This document shows, piece after piece, positions 19,411 to 29,038 of a DNA stretch of 51,897 nt. A model generated the notes under the pieces. It saw only the letters and a list, made by a program, of their open reading frames with translations. It searched no databases and had not been told where the DNA came from. Location of the stretch: positions 1-51,897 of IMG/VR virus record IMGVR_UViG_3300020156_000459; one strand, 5' to 3'. This DNA comes from a virus (Duplodnaviria; Caudoviricetes). The position numbers and the translations under genes were made by a program. Position 1 is the first letter of the stretch; the number at the start of each line of letters is the position of its first letter.

Positions 19411-20550
19411 TTACGCCCCCGTCTTCTGCGCGGCGAGCGACTTCTTGAAGGCGTCCTCGGACAGGCCCATCGCGGCGCACACCGCCTTCTGCTCCGCCGT
19501 CAGCTCGCCTTCGGCCGCTTGGCGGGTGCCGAGGTCGGTGGAGCCGGGCGAGAGGATGACCGGCGCCGACGCGATCATGCGGTCGAGCAGGTCGGGGTTG
19601 GCCGAAGCCAGCGCCAGCAGGTCGCCGCGCTGGGCGGGGGTGAACTTGCCGGCCTTGATGGCGTCGTCGACCTTGGCCGTGTGCTTGTCGCCCACCAGCG
19701 AGTTGACCTGGGCGGCCAGCGTGGCGACCTGCTGCTCCAGCAGCGAGGCGCCACCCTTCAGGCCCTTGACGGCGGTGATGACCTGTTCGGCCGGCGTGGC
19801 CTCCGGCAGGCCGGCGGCGGCGGCGATGGCCTTGACCTGACCGGCCGCCGTCTTCAGACCCGTGATGGTGGCGGCCAGCTGGTCGATGGTGGCCGACGCC
19901 TCCAGCCCGGCCGCCGAACACAGGGCGGTGAGCTGGCCGGTGCCGGCCTTCAGGGTGGAGACGGCAGCAAGCGCCGTCGTCTGGTCGGCGGTCTCGGGCA
20001 GGCCGAGTGCCTCCAGGAGCTTTCGCAGAAGCTCGTTCATGGGCTCTCCGTGATGGGCCGCCAGAGCTGGCAGCTGGGGTAGCGCCGGCCGGTTCACGAG
20101 CGCGGCGCCGAGGATCCGTGTGACCGTGCCGTCCTTGGCGTGCAGGAAGGCGGGTGAAAGGAAGCGGTACTCCCTGGAGGCGACGGCTCGCGCACCGGCG
20201 TCGGTCCACTCGACCTTCGCCCAGATGCCGTCCGCGCGGGCTTCCAGCGCGGTCATCCATCCGGCGGCGGGAGCGCGCCCACCCTGGGGAGCGGCGAGGT
20301 CGAGCGCGTGGTCGTAGTCCATCGGGAGCATCCCGCCGGCAGCGGCGGCGAGCGACGCGCCGATGACCGCCTGGGCGTCCGGCAGGGTCCAGCCCGGCCG
20401 GCCGTCCGCCGGCTTGAAGGCGCCGGCCGGCATCAGCTGGACCCACTCCGGCGGCTTGCCGGAGGAGACGTCCAGGGCGCCGGTCAGGACGGCGCTGGCG
20501 AGCGCAACGTCGGACGCAGCGGTTCCGGTGGTGGGAACGCGGGTGGGCAC
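19411..20550 (-). CDS. Mu-like prohead protease/scaffold (gpI/Z)
   Basis: WVQLMPAG.F...DGR, DYDH, APAAGW, VEWT, EYRFLSPAF, ALVNRPAL; helical scaffold C-terminus. Confidence 0.95.
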   Translation of the reverse strand: MPTRVPTTGTAASDVALASAVLTGALDVSSGKPPEWVQLMPAGAFKPADGRPGWTLPDAQAVIGASLAAAAGGMLPMDYDHALDLAAPQGGRAPAAGWMTALEARADGIWAKVEWTDAGARAVASREYRFLSPAFLHAKDGTVTRILGAALVNRPALPQLPALAAHHGEPMNELLRKLLEALGLPETADQTTALAAVSTLKAGTGQLTALCSAAGLEASATIDQLAATITGLKTAAGQVKAIAAAAGLPEATPAEQVITAVKGLKGGASLLEQQVATLAAQVNSLVGDKHTAKVDDAIKAGKFTPAQRGDLLALASANPDLLDRMIASAPVILSPGSTDLGTRQAAEGELTAEQKAVCAAMGLSEDAFKKSLAAQKTGA

Positions 20551-20590
20551 GGGTGGCCTCGGCTCGAAAAGGCGGGATGCGATGGAGCCG

Positions 20591-20639
20591 AGATTAGGGG
20601 GATGGGCGCGCGGAACCGACGCGGAACGGGTTCCGCGTC
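20591..20639 (-). promoter_or_regulatory. Putative activator-dependent late promoter for the head operon
   Basis: Perfect dyad GACGCGGAAC-GG-GTTCCGCGTC (20618-20639); TAATCT hexamer 26 nt downstream of the GGAAC core on the - strand. Confidence 0.7.
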
Positions 20640-20705
20640 TCCCCCGTCCGGGCGGTTGGTGCCAGACGGGGTATCACCCTTGCGCGCGCGATACCGATTG
20701 CGGGG

Positions 20706-20730
20706 CGTTTGAACGGGGTTTTGAACGCCT
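20706..20730. other. Conserved non-coding motif CGTTTGAACGGGGTTTTGAACGCCT (candidate strong gyrase site region)
   Basis: 24/25 identical to 50405-50429; near mid-genome and just upstream of the protease gene, where the Mu SGS lies. Confidence 0.55.
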
Positions 20731-20752
20731 GCGGGTGGCGGAGGGTCCCGGA

Positions 20753-20950
20753 CTACCCGGCGGCACGGACAGGGCCACCAGCGGCGATCCTATCGCGTTC
20801 CAGTTCGGCGATGGTCGCGCGGGCCTCGTCGAGCAACCCGGCACGCACCGGATCGTCAACCGGCAGTGCCTCCACAAAGGCGAGATGGGCACGCCAAGCG
20901 TCGATGCCGTCCCACAGGGCGGGCGGGTCGATGAAGCCGGGATGCGTCAT
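20753..20950 (-). CDS. Small protein coupled to MuF (candidate immunity/partner, 65 aa)
   Basis: ATGA overlap with the MuF stop. Confidence 0.6.
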   Translation of the reverse strand: MTHPGFIDPPALWDGIDAWRAHLAFVEALPVDDPVRAGLLDEARATIAELERDRIAAGGPVRAAG

Positions 20951-22368
20951 GCCGTCCTCCCGATCGCCAGTCGCGCCGCGTCCATCGCGGCCTTCAGGAA
21001 CGCCGCGCGATCGGCCAGCAACTGGTCGAAGGACGGCGATGCTTGGACAGTGTAGACCAGATGCCCGGCATCGGCCAGTGCCTGCACGGCGGCGTGCGCG
21101 ACCACGCGGTTGGCCTCGACCGCCGGCAGCGCGCCCGTGACGACGGCGTCCAACAACGCCTGCTCGGCCGCGCGCCGGGCAGCACGGGCCATGGTGGCGA
21201 GGGATTCCGCGGGAAGCGTGCGGTCCACGCTGGCCGCGTACCGCGTGCCGTCGTGGCCGATGGCGCGGATCTCGGCGATGCCCGGATAGTGGGCCGTGGC
21301 CGACAGGTCGGCCGGGCTGAGCGACGAGCCGCCGGGGTGGTTGTGCACGACGACGAGCCGGCGGGCCGGGTCCGCCAGCTGCGCGGCGGCCTCCGTCGAT
21401 GGGTTGACGGTGTTGGTCCGGCCGTCGGTGCGCGCCTCGATGACGGTGCCGGAGGTGGCGTCGACGATGACCAGGTGCTCATGGCCGGTGTCCCGGCCGC
21501 GCTCCAGCACCTGCGATTCCGCTTGCGCCACGGCACGGGCGGCGGGCGGGACGGACGGCTCTCCGCCGGGGCCGTCCACCGCGCCGCGCAGCGCCGGCGG
21601 TAGGGCGTCGCGCTTCTGCGCCAGCAGGCGCGCCGCCTGCGCGTCGCGGGCCGCCTTGCCCTTGTGGTAGGCGAAGCCGGGATCGACGCCGGCGGGCACC
21701 ATGACCTCTTCGCCGGTGCGCTTGTTGGTCCAGGGGCGCGGGTCGGACGGCGGCGGGTTCTCGGTGACCGTCCAGCCCTGCCGCTCCAGGTCGCGCGCCG
21801 AGAGCTGCTGGAGCGTGCAGCGGCAGCGCCACCCGCAAGGCGGTGAACGCTCGTCCCACCAGGCATGGTCGACCGGCAGGATGGTGCCGTGCCACGCCGC
21901 GTGATCCGGCCGCGTCTTGGTGTCCTTCACCGCGACGTAGCGCAGGTACGGCCGGGCCGCCTTGACGCGCTCGATGCGTTCCCACTGCCCGGCCGCCTGC
22001 GCCATGCGGACGTTGGTGTCGAAGATGATGCGCAGCCGGCGGGGACTGCCAAGCTGCACCACCTTGGCCCGCCCATCGGCCGGATCGACCATGGGCTTGC
22101 GCCCCCACCAGCCCGCGGCCTGGAGGCGCGGCTCGATGTCCGCAGCCCACTGCTCGTAGCTCTGCCCGTCGGCGATGGCTTTGACCAGCGAGCCGTGCAC
22201 CTCGGCCAGCAGGTCGGCCTTCATCATCTTGGCCACCGTGAAGGCGTGCGCGTGCTCGGCCTGCCACATGTCCTGCCAAGCGAAGGAGACGCGATAGCCC
22301 TTGGCCTTCAAGAAGCCGATCGCCTCCTCCGGCGGCAGCGGCGTGAGCGTGGGGGTGGGATCAGCCAT
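20947..22368 (-). CDS. MuF/gp30 head morphogenesis protein with C-terminal JAB/MPN-like extension (473 aa)
   Basis: AFTVAK, RRLRIIFDTN, RPYLRY, TRPDH, PPCGWRCRC, GVDPGF; extension EHLVIVD...VVVHNHPGGSSLSPADL. Confidence 0.88.
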   Translation of the reverse strand: MADPTPTLTPLPPEEAIGFLKAKGYRVSFAWQDMWQAEHAHAFTVAKMMKADLLAEVHGSLVKAIADGQSYEQWAADIEPRLQAAGWWGRKPMVDPADGRAKVVQLGSPRRLRIIFDTNVRMAQAAGQWERIERVKAARPYLRYVAVKDTKTRPDHAAWHGTILPVDHAWWDERSPPCGWRCRCTLQQLSARDLERQGWTVTENPPPSDPRPWTNKRTGEEVMVPAGVDPGFAYHKGKAARDAQAARLLAQKRDALPPALRGAVDGPGGEPSVPPAARAVAQAESQVLERGRDTGHEHLVIVDATSGTVIEARTDGRTNTVNPSTEAAAQLADPARRLVVVHNHPGGSSLSPADLSATAHYPGIAEIRAIGHDGTRYAASVDRTLPAESLATMARAARRAAEQALLDAVVTGALPAVEANRVVAHAAVQALADAGHLVYTVQASPSFDQLLADRAAFLKAAMDAARLAIGRTA

Positions 22369-23068
22369 GGGCAGTCTCGAACAGCGCCAGCCCGTCCACC
22401 GGCTGGTGGTCGATGTAATCCTCGTCGCGCTCGAACCGGGCGCGGGTGCCAGGGCGCAGGCGGACCAGCCCTTCGGCGGTGGCACCGAGCCGGAACACGA
22501 ACCAAGCATAGGCCGAGGCGGAACGCGCGCGACGGTCCAGGCGGCCTTTCAGGAGCGAGATGCGCTCGATGAAGGGGCAGTAGGTCACCGGGTGCCGGGT
22601 GAACAGCGCGTCGCGCGTGTCGGTCTCCAGCCACTGCACGCGGCAGAACAGCGCAACGCCCATGCGCGCGACGGACAGCGCTCGCCAAGCGAAGTCTTCC
22701 GCCGCATTGAAGGGTGGATTGGTGATGACCCAGTCGACCGGGCCCGGCGGCATCCAGTGGGCGCCCAGCGTCGTGTCGAGGAAATCGCCCACCTCGCCGA
22801 AGCCGTAGCGGAAAACGTCGCTGGCGTAGACTTGGCCGAAATATTCGGCCAGCGGCGTGGCCATGTGCCCTCCGCCGCAGGCCGGCTCCCAAACTGACAG
22901 CGGCGCCAGCGCCTCGCGCCCGCCCAGCACCAACTCGCACAAGGCGCGCGTCCCCCAGGGCGGAGTGGGGAAGTAGTCGAGCGAGTCCGGCGGCTCGACC
23001 CGGCGGGCCATGACGGCGGTAGAGCGGTTCTGCCCGGCCATCACGCGCGCCATTTCCGATGGCGCCAA
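22361..23068 (-). CDS. DNA amino-methyltransferase (probably m6A)
   Basis: DYFPTPPW, WEPACGGG SAM-binding motif, VITNPPF catalytic motif IV. Confidence 0.85.
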   Translation of the reverse strand: MAPSEMARVMAGQNRSTAVMARRVEPPDSLDYFPTPPWGTRALCELVLGGREALAPLSVWEPACGGGHMATPLAEYFGQVYASDVFRYGFGEVGDFLDTTLGAHWMPPGPVDWVITNPPFNAAEDFAWRALSVARMGVALFCRVQWLETDTRDALFTRHPVTYCPFIERISLLKGRLDRRARSASAYAWFVFRLGATAEGLVRLRPGTRARFERDEDYIDHQPVDGLALFETAHG

Positions 23069-23295
23069 GCGGCGCGACGGGCACGGAACGCATGAAGGAC
23101 GAGTAAGAGGCCCATGAGGAACGCCTCGCGCGGCGTCATATCGATCCGGGCCCGGTTGTCCTCGTCCGGCTTCATGACAATGTGCACGGTGCCGTAGCGG
23201 CTCGTAATGACCTTTAGCCTGGGAGAAGGCGCGACCTGTGCGACAATGGCAGCGCCGGTGGTGCTGGCCCGCAGCTTCGCCAATTGGTCAGACAT
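23041..23295 (-). CDS. Hypothetical phage protein (~84 aa)
   Basis: Fills the gap between portal and methyltransferase with overlapping start/stop. Confidence 0.5.
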   Translation of the reverse strand: MSDQLAKLRASTTGAAIVAQVAPSPRLKVITSRYGTVHIVMKPDEDNRARIDMTPREAFLMGLLLVLHAFRARRAAWRHRKWRA

Positions 23296-24907
23296 TGCCA
23301 CCCCCCATCACGCCGGCCCGCGCGGCGACGCGGGCCACGAACTGGCCGCGGGCCAGCATGTCCTGGAGCGGCGCCAGGTCGGCGGCGCCGGCGAGGTCGG
23401 CGAGGCGGCGCAGGAACTCCTCCGGTCCCGCCGCCTCGCGGGCGGCCTGGATCACCGCCTCCACCAGCGGGGCGGCCAGCGGTTCCCAGTCGCCCAGCAT
23501 CTCGTCGACCAGCCGATCGACGGCGTCGCCGTCGTCGGCGCCAGGGATCTGGGCGGCGGCCAGCGCCTTGTCGGCGGGGCCCCTCGCCGGCGGGGGTGGC
23601 GCGGCGGGGCTCCCAGCGGGATCGGCCGCCGGGTCCGGCGCCGACGCCGACGGGGCGGCCAGCAGCTCGTCCCCCTCGTCCGGGTCGCTGAAGTTGTAGC
23701 GGTCGCGGACCTCCGACATGGACACCTTCATGCCCATGGGCACCAGCGTCTTCAGCGCTTCCAGCTGCAGCTTCAAGTCCTGCTGGTCCGGCCGGCCGAT
23801 GCGCAGCAGCGGGGGCTTGGCCTTCGGGATGTTGAGGGCGACGGCGGGCGCCGCGAGGTCGCGCATCAGCGTGGCGGCGAGCTGGCGGGCGTCGGCGCGC
23901 TCGATGTCCTCCTGCACCTGGCGGTGCTCCTGCGACACGGCATGCCCGCCGGAGATGGCGTCGGTGGTCGTCGTCTGGCCCAGCACCAGCTTGCTGGTCT
24001 GGCGCTCGAAGAACTCGACCAGCCCCTTGAAGATGTCCGCGTTGGCCGAGGCGCCCTCGGCGCGGATGAACTCCAGCATCATCGACTGGGGAATGATGGC
24101 GGCGGCGTCGGCGGCGATGTTCCGCACGGCGCGCAGGAGGGCGTCCATATCCGACTTGCTGGCGCCGGGGCCGTACCGGCCGACGCGGATGGGCTGGCCG
24201 TAGGTCTCGACGAAGGAAAGCCAGTCCTTCGTGCCGAACGATGTGAACAGCCATGCCCAGCAGGCCGGCCGGGCCAAGCCGCCACGGATGGGGATGCCGG
24301 ACTTGGTGCGCGGGCGGTGCACGATGAACTTGAAGAGATCGAGGTCCCGGCCATCCGGGTAGCCGGACTCGCGCATGCGCAAGGTGGTATGGTCGACGCG
24401 GTCGAACTGGAACCAGCTCGGCTCGCGCCAGATCAGCTTGCGCGGCATCCACTGCCGCTCGGAGGTTTCCCAGACGATCTCAGAGACGGCGTAGCCCTTG
24501 GCGAGGCCGTCCAGCAGGTCGTACAGCGCGTCCGGGAACTCCGGATCGGCGACGATCTCGCGCACCAGGTCGGCGGCGGCCACGTCCTCCAGCTTGTCGG
24601 ACGCCGCCTCGACGGTGACCTCCAGCCCGGAGACGGCCAAGCGGCGGGTGGCGAGGACGGAGCGGAAGTGGATGAACTTCTCCTCGATGTCCTCGCACAG
24701 CGCCAGATAGGCGGCGGTGTCGCCGCCCTCGGCCGCGCGCAGAATGGTGCCCAGGCGCGCCGGCGTCAGGCCGTAGGAGGGATGATCGGCCAGCACCTGC
24801 CGCACGCCGGTCACGCTTGGGCCGGCAATCTCTTCCGTCAGCACCTCGCGCCGAATGGGCTGGCCCTCGGGGCCCAGGATCGGGGATAGGACGGTCGGCA
24901 TCACCAA
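23288..24907 (-). CDS. Portal protein (Mu gp29/DUF935)
   Basis: GLTPARL..ILRAAE.GD, LLDGLAKGYAVSEIVW, FVETYGQPIRVGRY, SKLVLGQT. Confidence 0.95.
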   Translation of the reverse strand: MVMPTVLSPILGPEGQPIRREVLTEEIAGPSVTGVRQVLADHPSYGLTPARLGTILRAAEGGDTAAYLALCEDIEEKFIHFRSVLATRRLAVSGLEVTVEAASDKLEDVAAADLVREIVADPEFPDALYDLLDGLAKGYAVSEIVWETSERQWMPRKLIWREPSWFQFDRVDHTTLRMRESGYPDGRDLDLFKFIVHRPRTKSGIPIRGGLARPACWAWLFTSFGTKDWLSFVETYGQPIRVGRYGPGASKSDMDALLRAVRNIAADAAAIIPQSMMLEFIRAEGASANADIFKGLVEFFERQTSKLVLGQTTTTDAISGGHAVSQEHRQVQEDIERADARQLAATLMRDLAAPAVALNIPKAKPPLLRIGRPDQQDLKLQLEALKTLVPMGMKVSMSEVRDRYNFSDPDEGDELLAAPSASAPDPAADPAGSPAAPPPPARGPADKALAAAQIPGADDGDAVDRLVDEMLGDWEPLAAPLVEAVIQAAREAAGPEEFLRRLADLAGAADLAPLQDMLARGQFVARVAARAGVMGGGNV

Positions 24908-26511
24908 GCTCCATTGCGAAATAGCCAGACCTGCTGGTCATCATCCCAGACGGGCTCGTCACCGGGCCTCGGTTCGTAGTCGAGCACCGGATCCCGCTGG
25001 AGCGCAGGCGTGTAGGCGTACTCCGCCGGGTCCTGGCGGCTGGCGAAGTGGCACAGGGCGGCGGCGATGCCGGCGTCGCCGTGGCGCATGTTGCCGTCCG
25101 CGCCCATGGTGCGTGCCTGGGTGCGCTTCAGCTGGGCGACGCCGTCGCGCACCTCGAACTGGCCGAAGTCGACCAGCCAGTCGGCGTCCCTGGGCAGCAG
25201 GATCGAGGCGCCCTCGAACGCCGCCTTGAACGGCGGCATGTTCACGCGATACCACTCGGTGCTGAACTTCACCTCGATCACCGTCTGGGGCCCGAAGTGC
25301 TGGCGCATGCGTTCGGCCAAGCTGGCGCCGTTGCCGCCCGCGTCGATCGCCGCGCGCGTCAGGCGCGGCAGACGGTCGAGCACGTACTTGACGACGAACT
25401 TCTGCTCTTCGTCGGGGACCTGCCGCATCTCCAACGCGCACGCCGCGCGCAACGTCAGGTCGGACAGGAGCTGGGCCGGCATGCCGATCGAGGCATCGCG
25501 CAGGCGGGCATAATCATGGCCGTAGAAGGACTGCCGCTCGCGGTCGCAGCGATCCAGAACGGGGCGCAGGTTCTCCTCGCACCATGCCAGGGCCACCGCT
25601 TGGCGGGCGTAGTCCGGCAGGTCGACGAAGCCGGGCTCGACCTGCCAGCGCAGCACGGGGATCTCGTCCGACATGCGGGCCAGCACCAGAGGGCGCGGGA
25701 GCCATGTGCCGCCCTTGTGCTTGGGGATGACGTGCAGTTCCTCGTCGGCCGCGTCGCCGTAGCTGGCCACGATCTCCGCGCGCCACGCCGCCTCCTTCTC
25801 GGCCGTCCACTCCTCGCCCTTGACCATGCAGATACGTCGGTACAGCCCATCCGCGATGGCCTCGTCGAAGGTGACGCGCAGCACGGCATAGGGCTTCTTG
25901 CCGGCGCGGATGGACTCGATCAGCTGGTTGAACGGGTTGTCGGTGCCGTCGTGGGTGGAGATGATCGCGACCTTGCCGCCCCAGATCAGCAGCGCCATGG
26001 CCGCCTTGATCAGCTCGTCCAGATCATCGTGGAAGGCCGCCTCGTCGACGATGACGTACCCCTGCCGGCCGCGCAGGGAGCGCGGGCGGCTGGCCAACGC
26101 CAGGATCTCGAACCCGCTGGCGAAGGTGATGCGGAACGCCTTGATGCCGTCGTCGCTGCCGTCGTCGAACAGGATCTCGTCGCTGGCCGAGCACGCCTTG
26201 TCGAACAGCCGGGACCAGGAACCGGCGGTGTCCACAAATTCTCTGGCCATGTCGAGGTTGTAGCCGATGTACAGCACGTCCATGCCGCCGGCCTTCTTCT
26301 CGGCGGCGGCGGTGAGGACGGCGTCGGCGGCGACGGCCCAGGTGAAGCCGATGCGGCGGGACTTCTCGCACACGATGACGGTGTGCATTCCCGTCGTGGC
26401 GAGGAACTTCTGCTGATAGCCGAGCAGCAGGTCAAGGCCGTCTCCGGCGTCGCCCAGCAGCGCGGCCGGCAGGTCGGCCGGCCTGCTCTTATCGGGCCAG
26501 GGGGCGCTCAT
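24901..26511 (-). CDS. Terminase large subunit (Mu gp28-like)
   Basis: EKSRRIGFTW Walker A, LRGRQGYVIVDEAAFH Walker B, ISTHDG, GHDYAR, HGDAGIA nuclease motifs. Confidence 0.95.
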   Translation of the reverse strand: MSAPWPDKSRPADLPAALLGDAGDGLDLLLGYQQKFLATTGMHTVIVCEKSRRIGFTWAVAADAVLTAAAEKKAGGMDVLYIGYNLDMAREFVDTAGSWSRLFDKACSASDEILFDDGSDDGIKAFRITFASGFEILALASRPRSLRGRQGYVIVDEAAFHDDLDELIKAAMALLIWGGKVAIISTHDGTDNPFNQLIESIRAGKKPYAVLRVTFDEAIADGLYRRICMVKGEEWTAEKEAAWRAEIVASYGDAADEELHVIPKHKGGTWLPRPLVLARMSDEIPVLRWQVEPGFVDLPDYARQAVALAWCEENLRPVLDRCDRERQSFYGHDYARLRDASIGMPAQLLSDLTLRAACALEMRQVPDEEQKFVVKYVLDRLPRLTRAAIDAGGNGASLAERMRQHFGPQTVIEVKFSTEWYRVNMPPFKAAFEGASILLPRDADWLVDFGQFEVRDGVAQLKRTQARTMGADGNMRHGDAGIAAALCHFASRQDPAEYAYTPALQRDPVLDYEPRPGDEPVWDDDQQVWLFRNGAW

Positions 26512-27047
26512 GCGGCGGCCTTGCGGATACCGAGGAAGTCTTCCTTGATGGCCTTGACCATGTCGGCCGACAGGCCCTTCTTCTTGCCCACCGCCTCAAG
26601 CGTGGCGAGTGCCTTCTTGTCGGCCTCGGCCTGGAGCTTCAGCACCAGGTCGGCGTCCGTCTTCCGGGCCGATGTCAGCTTCTGGATGGCGCCGGCCGCG
26701 AAATTGGCTTCCTGGGCGTCGAGTTGGACCGGCTCGCCGTCCTTGCCGGCCAGCAGGCGCATCAGCATGGCGTGACCAAGCTCGATGTTCAGCCGCGCCA
26801 CCTTGCTGTCGGGTTCGTCGCCCAGCTCCCTCACCAGCGCTTCAGCGGCCTCGCGCGTCTCGCGCAGCTGCGCGCCGATCTTCTCGATCTTCTGGACGTG
26901 GCGGCCAACCGCACTGCGCGAGACGTCGACCTGCATGCCGCGCAGGTGGGCGAGGATCTCGTCGATCGTCGCGCCGTCCTGCCGCAACTGGCCGATGGCC
27001 TCGCGGATTTCCTTGGGCAGACGGTCGATGCTGGAGCGGGCGGCCAT
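26508..27047 (-). CDS. Terminase small subunit (Mu gp27/DUF3486-like)
   Basis: RSSIDRLP, VSRSAVGRH, KKGLS; directly upstream of the large terminase. Confidence 0.85.
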   Translation of the reverse strand: MAARSSIDRLPKEIREAIGQLRQDGATIDEILAHLRGMQVDVSRSAVGRHVQKIEKIGAQLRETREAAEALVRELGDEPDSKVARLNIELGHAMLMRLLAGKDGEPVQLDAQEANFAAGAIQKLTSARKTDADLVLKLQAEADKKALATLEAVGKKKGLSADMVKAIKEDFLGIRKAAA

Positions 27048-27051
27048 GGCG

Positions 27052-27348
27052 TCAGCCCAGGCTGGGCAGCTTGACGCCCGGCAACGGAGCGCCCAGGCGC
27101 TTGAGGTGGTTGTCGCCGGCGGCGCGCAGCTCGGCGACCAGGACGGTTCCCACCTGCTCGGTGGCCACGGCCTGGAGCGTGCCGAGGTATCCAAGCTGCT
27201 GCACGACCTGTTCGCGCGTCACGTGGTGGCCCAGCCGGTTGGCCAGATCCTGGAGGATGGAGGCGTTGGCCCTCGCCCCCGGCGCCTCGGCAAGGAGGCG
27301 CAGGAGCACCAGGCGCAGATCCTCGATCAGATGATCCTGGAAGCTCAT
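27052..27348 (-). CDS. Mu gp26-like winged-helix protein
   Basis: EDLRLVLLRLLAE...NASIL...PGVKLP; conserved position. Confidence 0.75.
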   Translation of the reverse strand: MSFQDHLIEDLRLVLLRLLAEAPGARANASILQDLANRLGHHVTREQVVQQLGYLGTLQAVATEQVGTVLVAELRAAGDNHLKRLGAPLPGVKLPSLG

Positions 27349-27650
27349 GCCTTGGCCTTCGTGTTGAGGAGGTAGTCCTCGATCCGCCGGACGCTGGCGC
27401 TGATGCCGGCGAGCAGCTGCTGCTGCGCGTCGACCTTGCCCTCCAGCTGGGCGACGTCGTCGCGCAGGACGGCGAAGTCCTTGTGCGTCGGCAGGTGGCG
27501 CAGCTCCTGCTCGATCAGCGCGACGCGCGTGGCCAGCTTGTCGAAGTCGGCGCGCGGCACGAAGGCGGCGCGCATCGACCACAGGAGCCAGCCGAGGAAC
27601 AGGTTGATGAGCAGGACGATGGCCCAGCCCCATTTGACCAGCTCGTCCAT
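27345..27650 (-). CDS. DUF2730-like membrane-anchored coiled-coil protein
   Basis: N-terminal TM helix, RVALIEQELRHLP, IEDYLL. Confidence 0.75.
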   Translation of the reverse strand: MDELVKWGWAIVLLINLFLGWLLWSMRAAFVPRADFDKLATRVALIEQELRHLPTHKDFAVLRDDVAQLEGKVDAQQQLLAGISASVRRIEDYLLNTKAKA

Positions 27651-27695
27651 CAGCGCATCTCCCGGCCGGCGGTCAGTCGTAACGGCGTGTCCACG

Positions 27696-28301
27696 TCACA
27701 CCCCCTGGGCGGGGGCGGTCGCGTCCAGAACTGCGGACTCCGCCGGCGGCATGACGTTCTTGTCCACCAGCATCAGCAGGCGGGCCTCGACCATGTTGTG
27801 CAGGCTGATGTCGTCGATACCGAAATGCTTCAGCGCGCCGGGCACGCGATCCAGGGCGTATTGCGCGGCCAGCGCCACGGTGGTGTTGTGCAGGTCGATC
27901 GGCTCGGCCTGCTTCGCGACGAAGGCTTCGGCCTTGGCGGTGCCGTAGCTGATGGCACGGTCCAGCGCCTTTTCCAGGTAGTCGCGGGTGTGCGCATCGA
28001 CCTCCAGGCCGGTGCGGCGTTCGATGGAGCGGACCAGCGCCCGCGCCAGGATGCCGACGATCGCCGTGATGGCGGTGCCCACCGTGCCGACGACGGTGAC
28101 CAGGAGGGGCGAGAGATCAACGGTGGTGCCGTCGCCGGCCAGGGCGGTGAAGGGCATCAGGACGAAGCCCACGGCGAAGGCCGCCGCCATGGCCGCGCGA
28201 TCGTCGCGGGTGAAGCAGAGGTGGATGACGACGGCGACGAAGCCGATCATGGCCACCGTCAGGGCGGCGATCAGCAGGAAGGGCGCGGCGGAGACGGGCA
28301 C
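27696..28301 (-). CDS. Membrane protein of the lysis cassette (holin-like)
   Basis: Two to three TM segments; directly downstream of the endolysin. Confidence 0.6.
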   Translation of the reverse strand: MPVSAAPFLLIAALTVAMIGFVAVVIHLCFTRDDRAAMAAAFAVGFVLMPFTALAGDGTTVDLSPLLVTVVGTVGTAITAIVGILARALVRSIERRTGLEVDAHTRDYLEKALDRAISYGTAKAEAFVAKQAEPIDLHNTTVALAAQYALDRVPGALKHFGIDDISLHNMVEARLLMLVDKNVMPPAESAVLDATAPAQGV

Positions 28302-28316
28302 GGGGAACCTCCAGGA

Positions 28317-28904
28317 TCAGGTGGGCTGGGCGTAGGCGCGGTTGAGCCAGCCCTTCTCGAACGTGCCGAGGGGCGGACGGGCGAGGACGAGGCCGCGGTA
28401 GAAGCCGGCCGCCTCGCTCTTCAGCGCGGCGATCAGCGACCGCGCGTCGGCGGCGTTGACGGCAGAGATGGACTTGGGACCCAGGACGCCGTCGTCGGAG
28501 ACGGGGAACCAGCAGGCACGCACCGCGCGCTGGAGGCAGCGGTGGGCGGGGCCGGGGCCCATGTTGACCGCGAGGTCGAAGGTCTTGATGGCGATGGCCG
28601 GGTCGATGATGCGCGCGTAGCCGTGGCGGTCCCACCAGCGCGAGCGGTAGAGCTGGGCGGCGCGCTCACGCGGCATCGTGCGGATATCGTCGGCATCGAC
28701 GTCGCCGTCGCCGTCCACGTCGCCATCGGCCAAGCCGTCGTGGTCGAGGTCGAGCAGCCCTTCGGCGCGCAGGAAGCGCAGGCTGATGCCGAAGTTGGTG
28801 ATGCCGCCGGGATCGGCGGGATCGTTGGACAGGCCGCCCTCGTGCTTCAACACGAAGACGAGCGCGCGCTCGAACAGGTCGTCGGCGGGGGACAAAGGCG
28901 GCAC
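28317..28904 (-). CDS. Endolysin, glycoside hydrolase family 108
   Basis: HEGG..NDPADPGG.TNFGI, FDLAVNMG, DGVLGPKS, FEKGWLNR. Confidence 0.92.
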   Translation of the reverse strand: MPPLSPADDLFERALVFVLKHEGGLSNDPADPGGITNFGISLRFLRAEGLLDLDHDGLADGDVDGDGDVDADDIRTMPRERAAQLYRSRWWDRHGYARIIDPAIAIKTFDLAVNMGPGPAHRCLQRAVRACWFPVSDDGVLGPKSISAVNAADARSLIAALKSEAAGFYRGLVLARPPLGTFEKGWLNRAYAQPT

Positions 28905-28928
28905 TCCCGTGGGTGGTGGGATGCCGCG

Positions 28929-29035
28929 AGTTTCGCGCGCATGCGTCTTCAGGCGGGCACGGAACTGGTTCCGCCCCCGCGTCGCGGGTCAGGGTAGTCC
29001 GTAATGGGGAGGATGCGACCGCCGGAACCGGTTCC
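28929..29035 (-). promoter_or_regulatory. Two tandem putative late promoters upstream of the lysis/packaging operon
   Basis: GGAACTGGTTCC (28961-28972) and GGAACCGGTTCC (29024-29035), followed after 26-27 nt by GAAACT and TACCCT on the - strand. Confidence 0.65.
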
Positions 29036-29038
29036 GCG

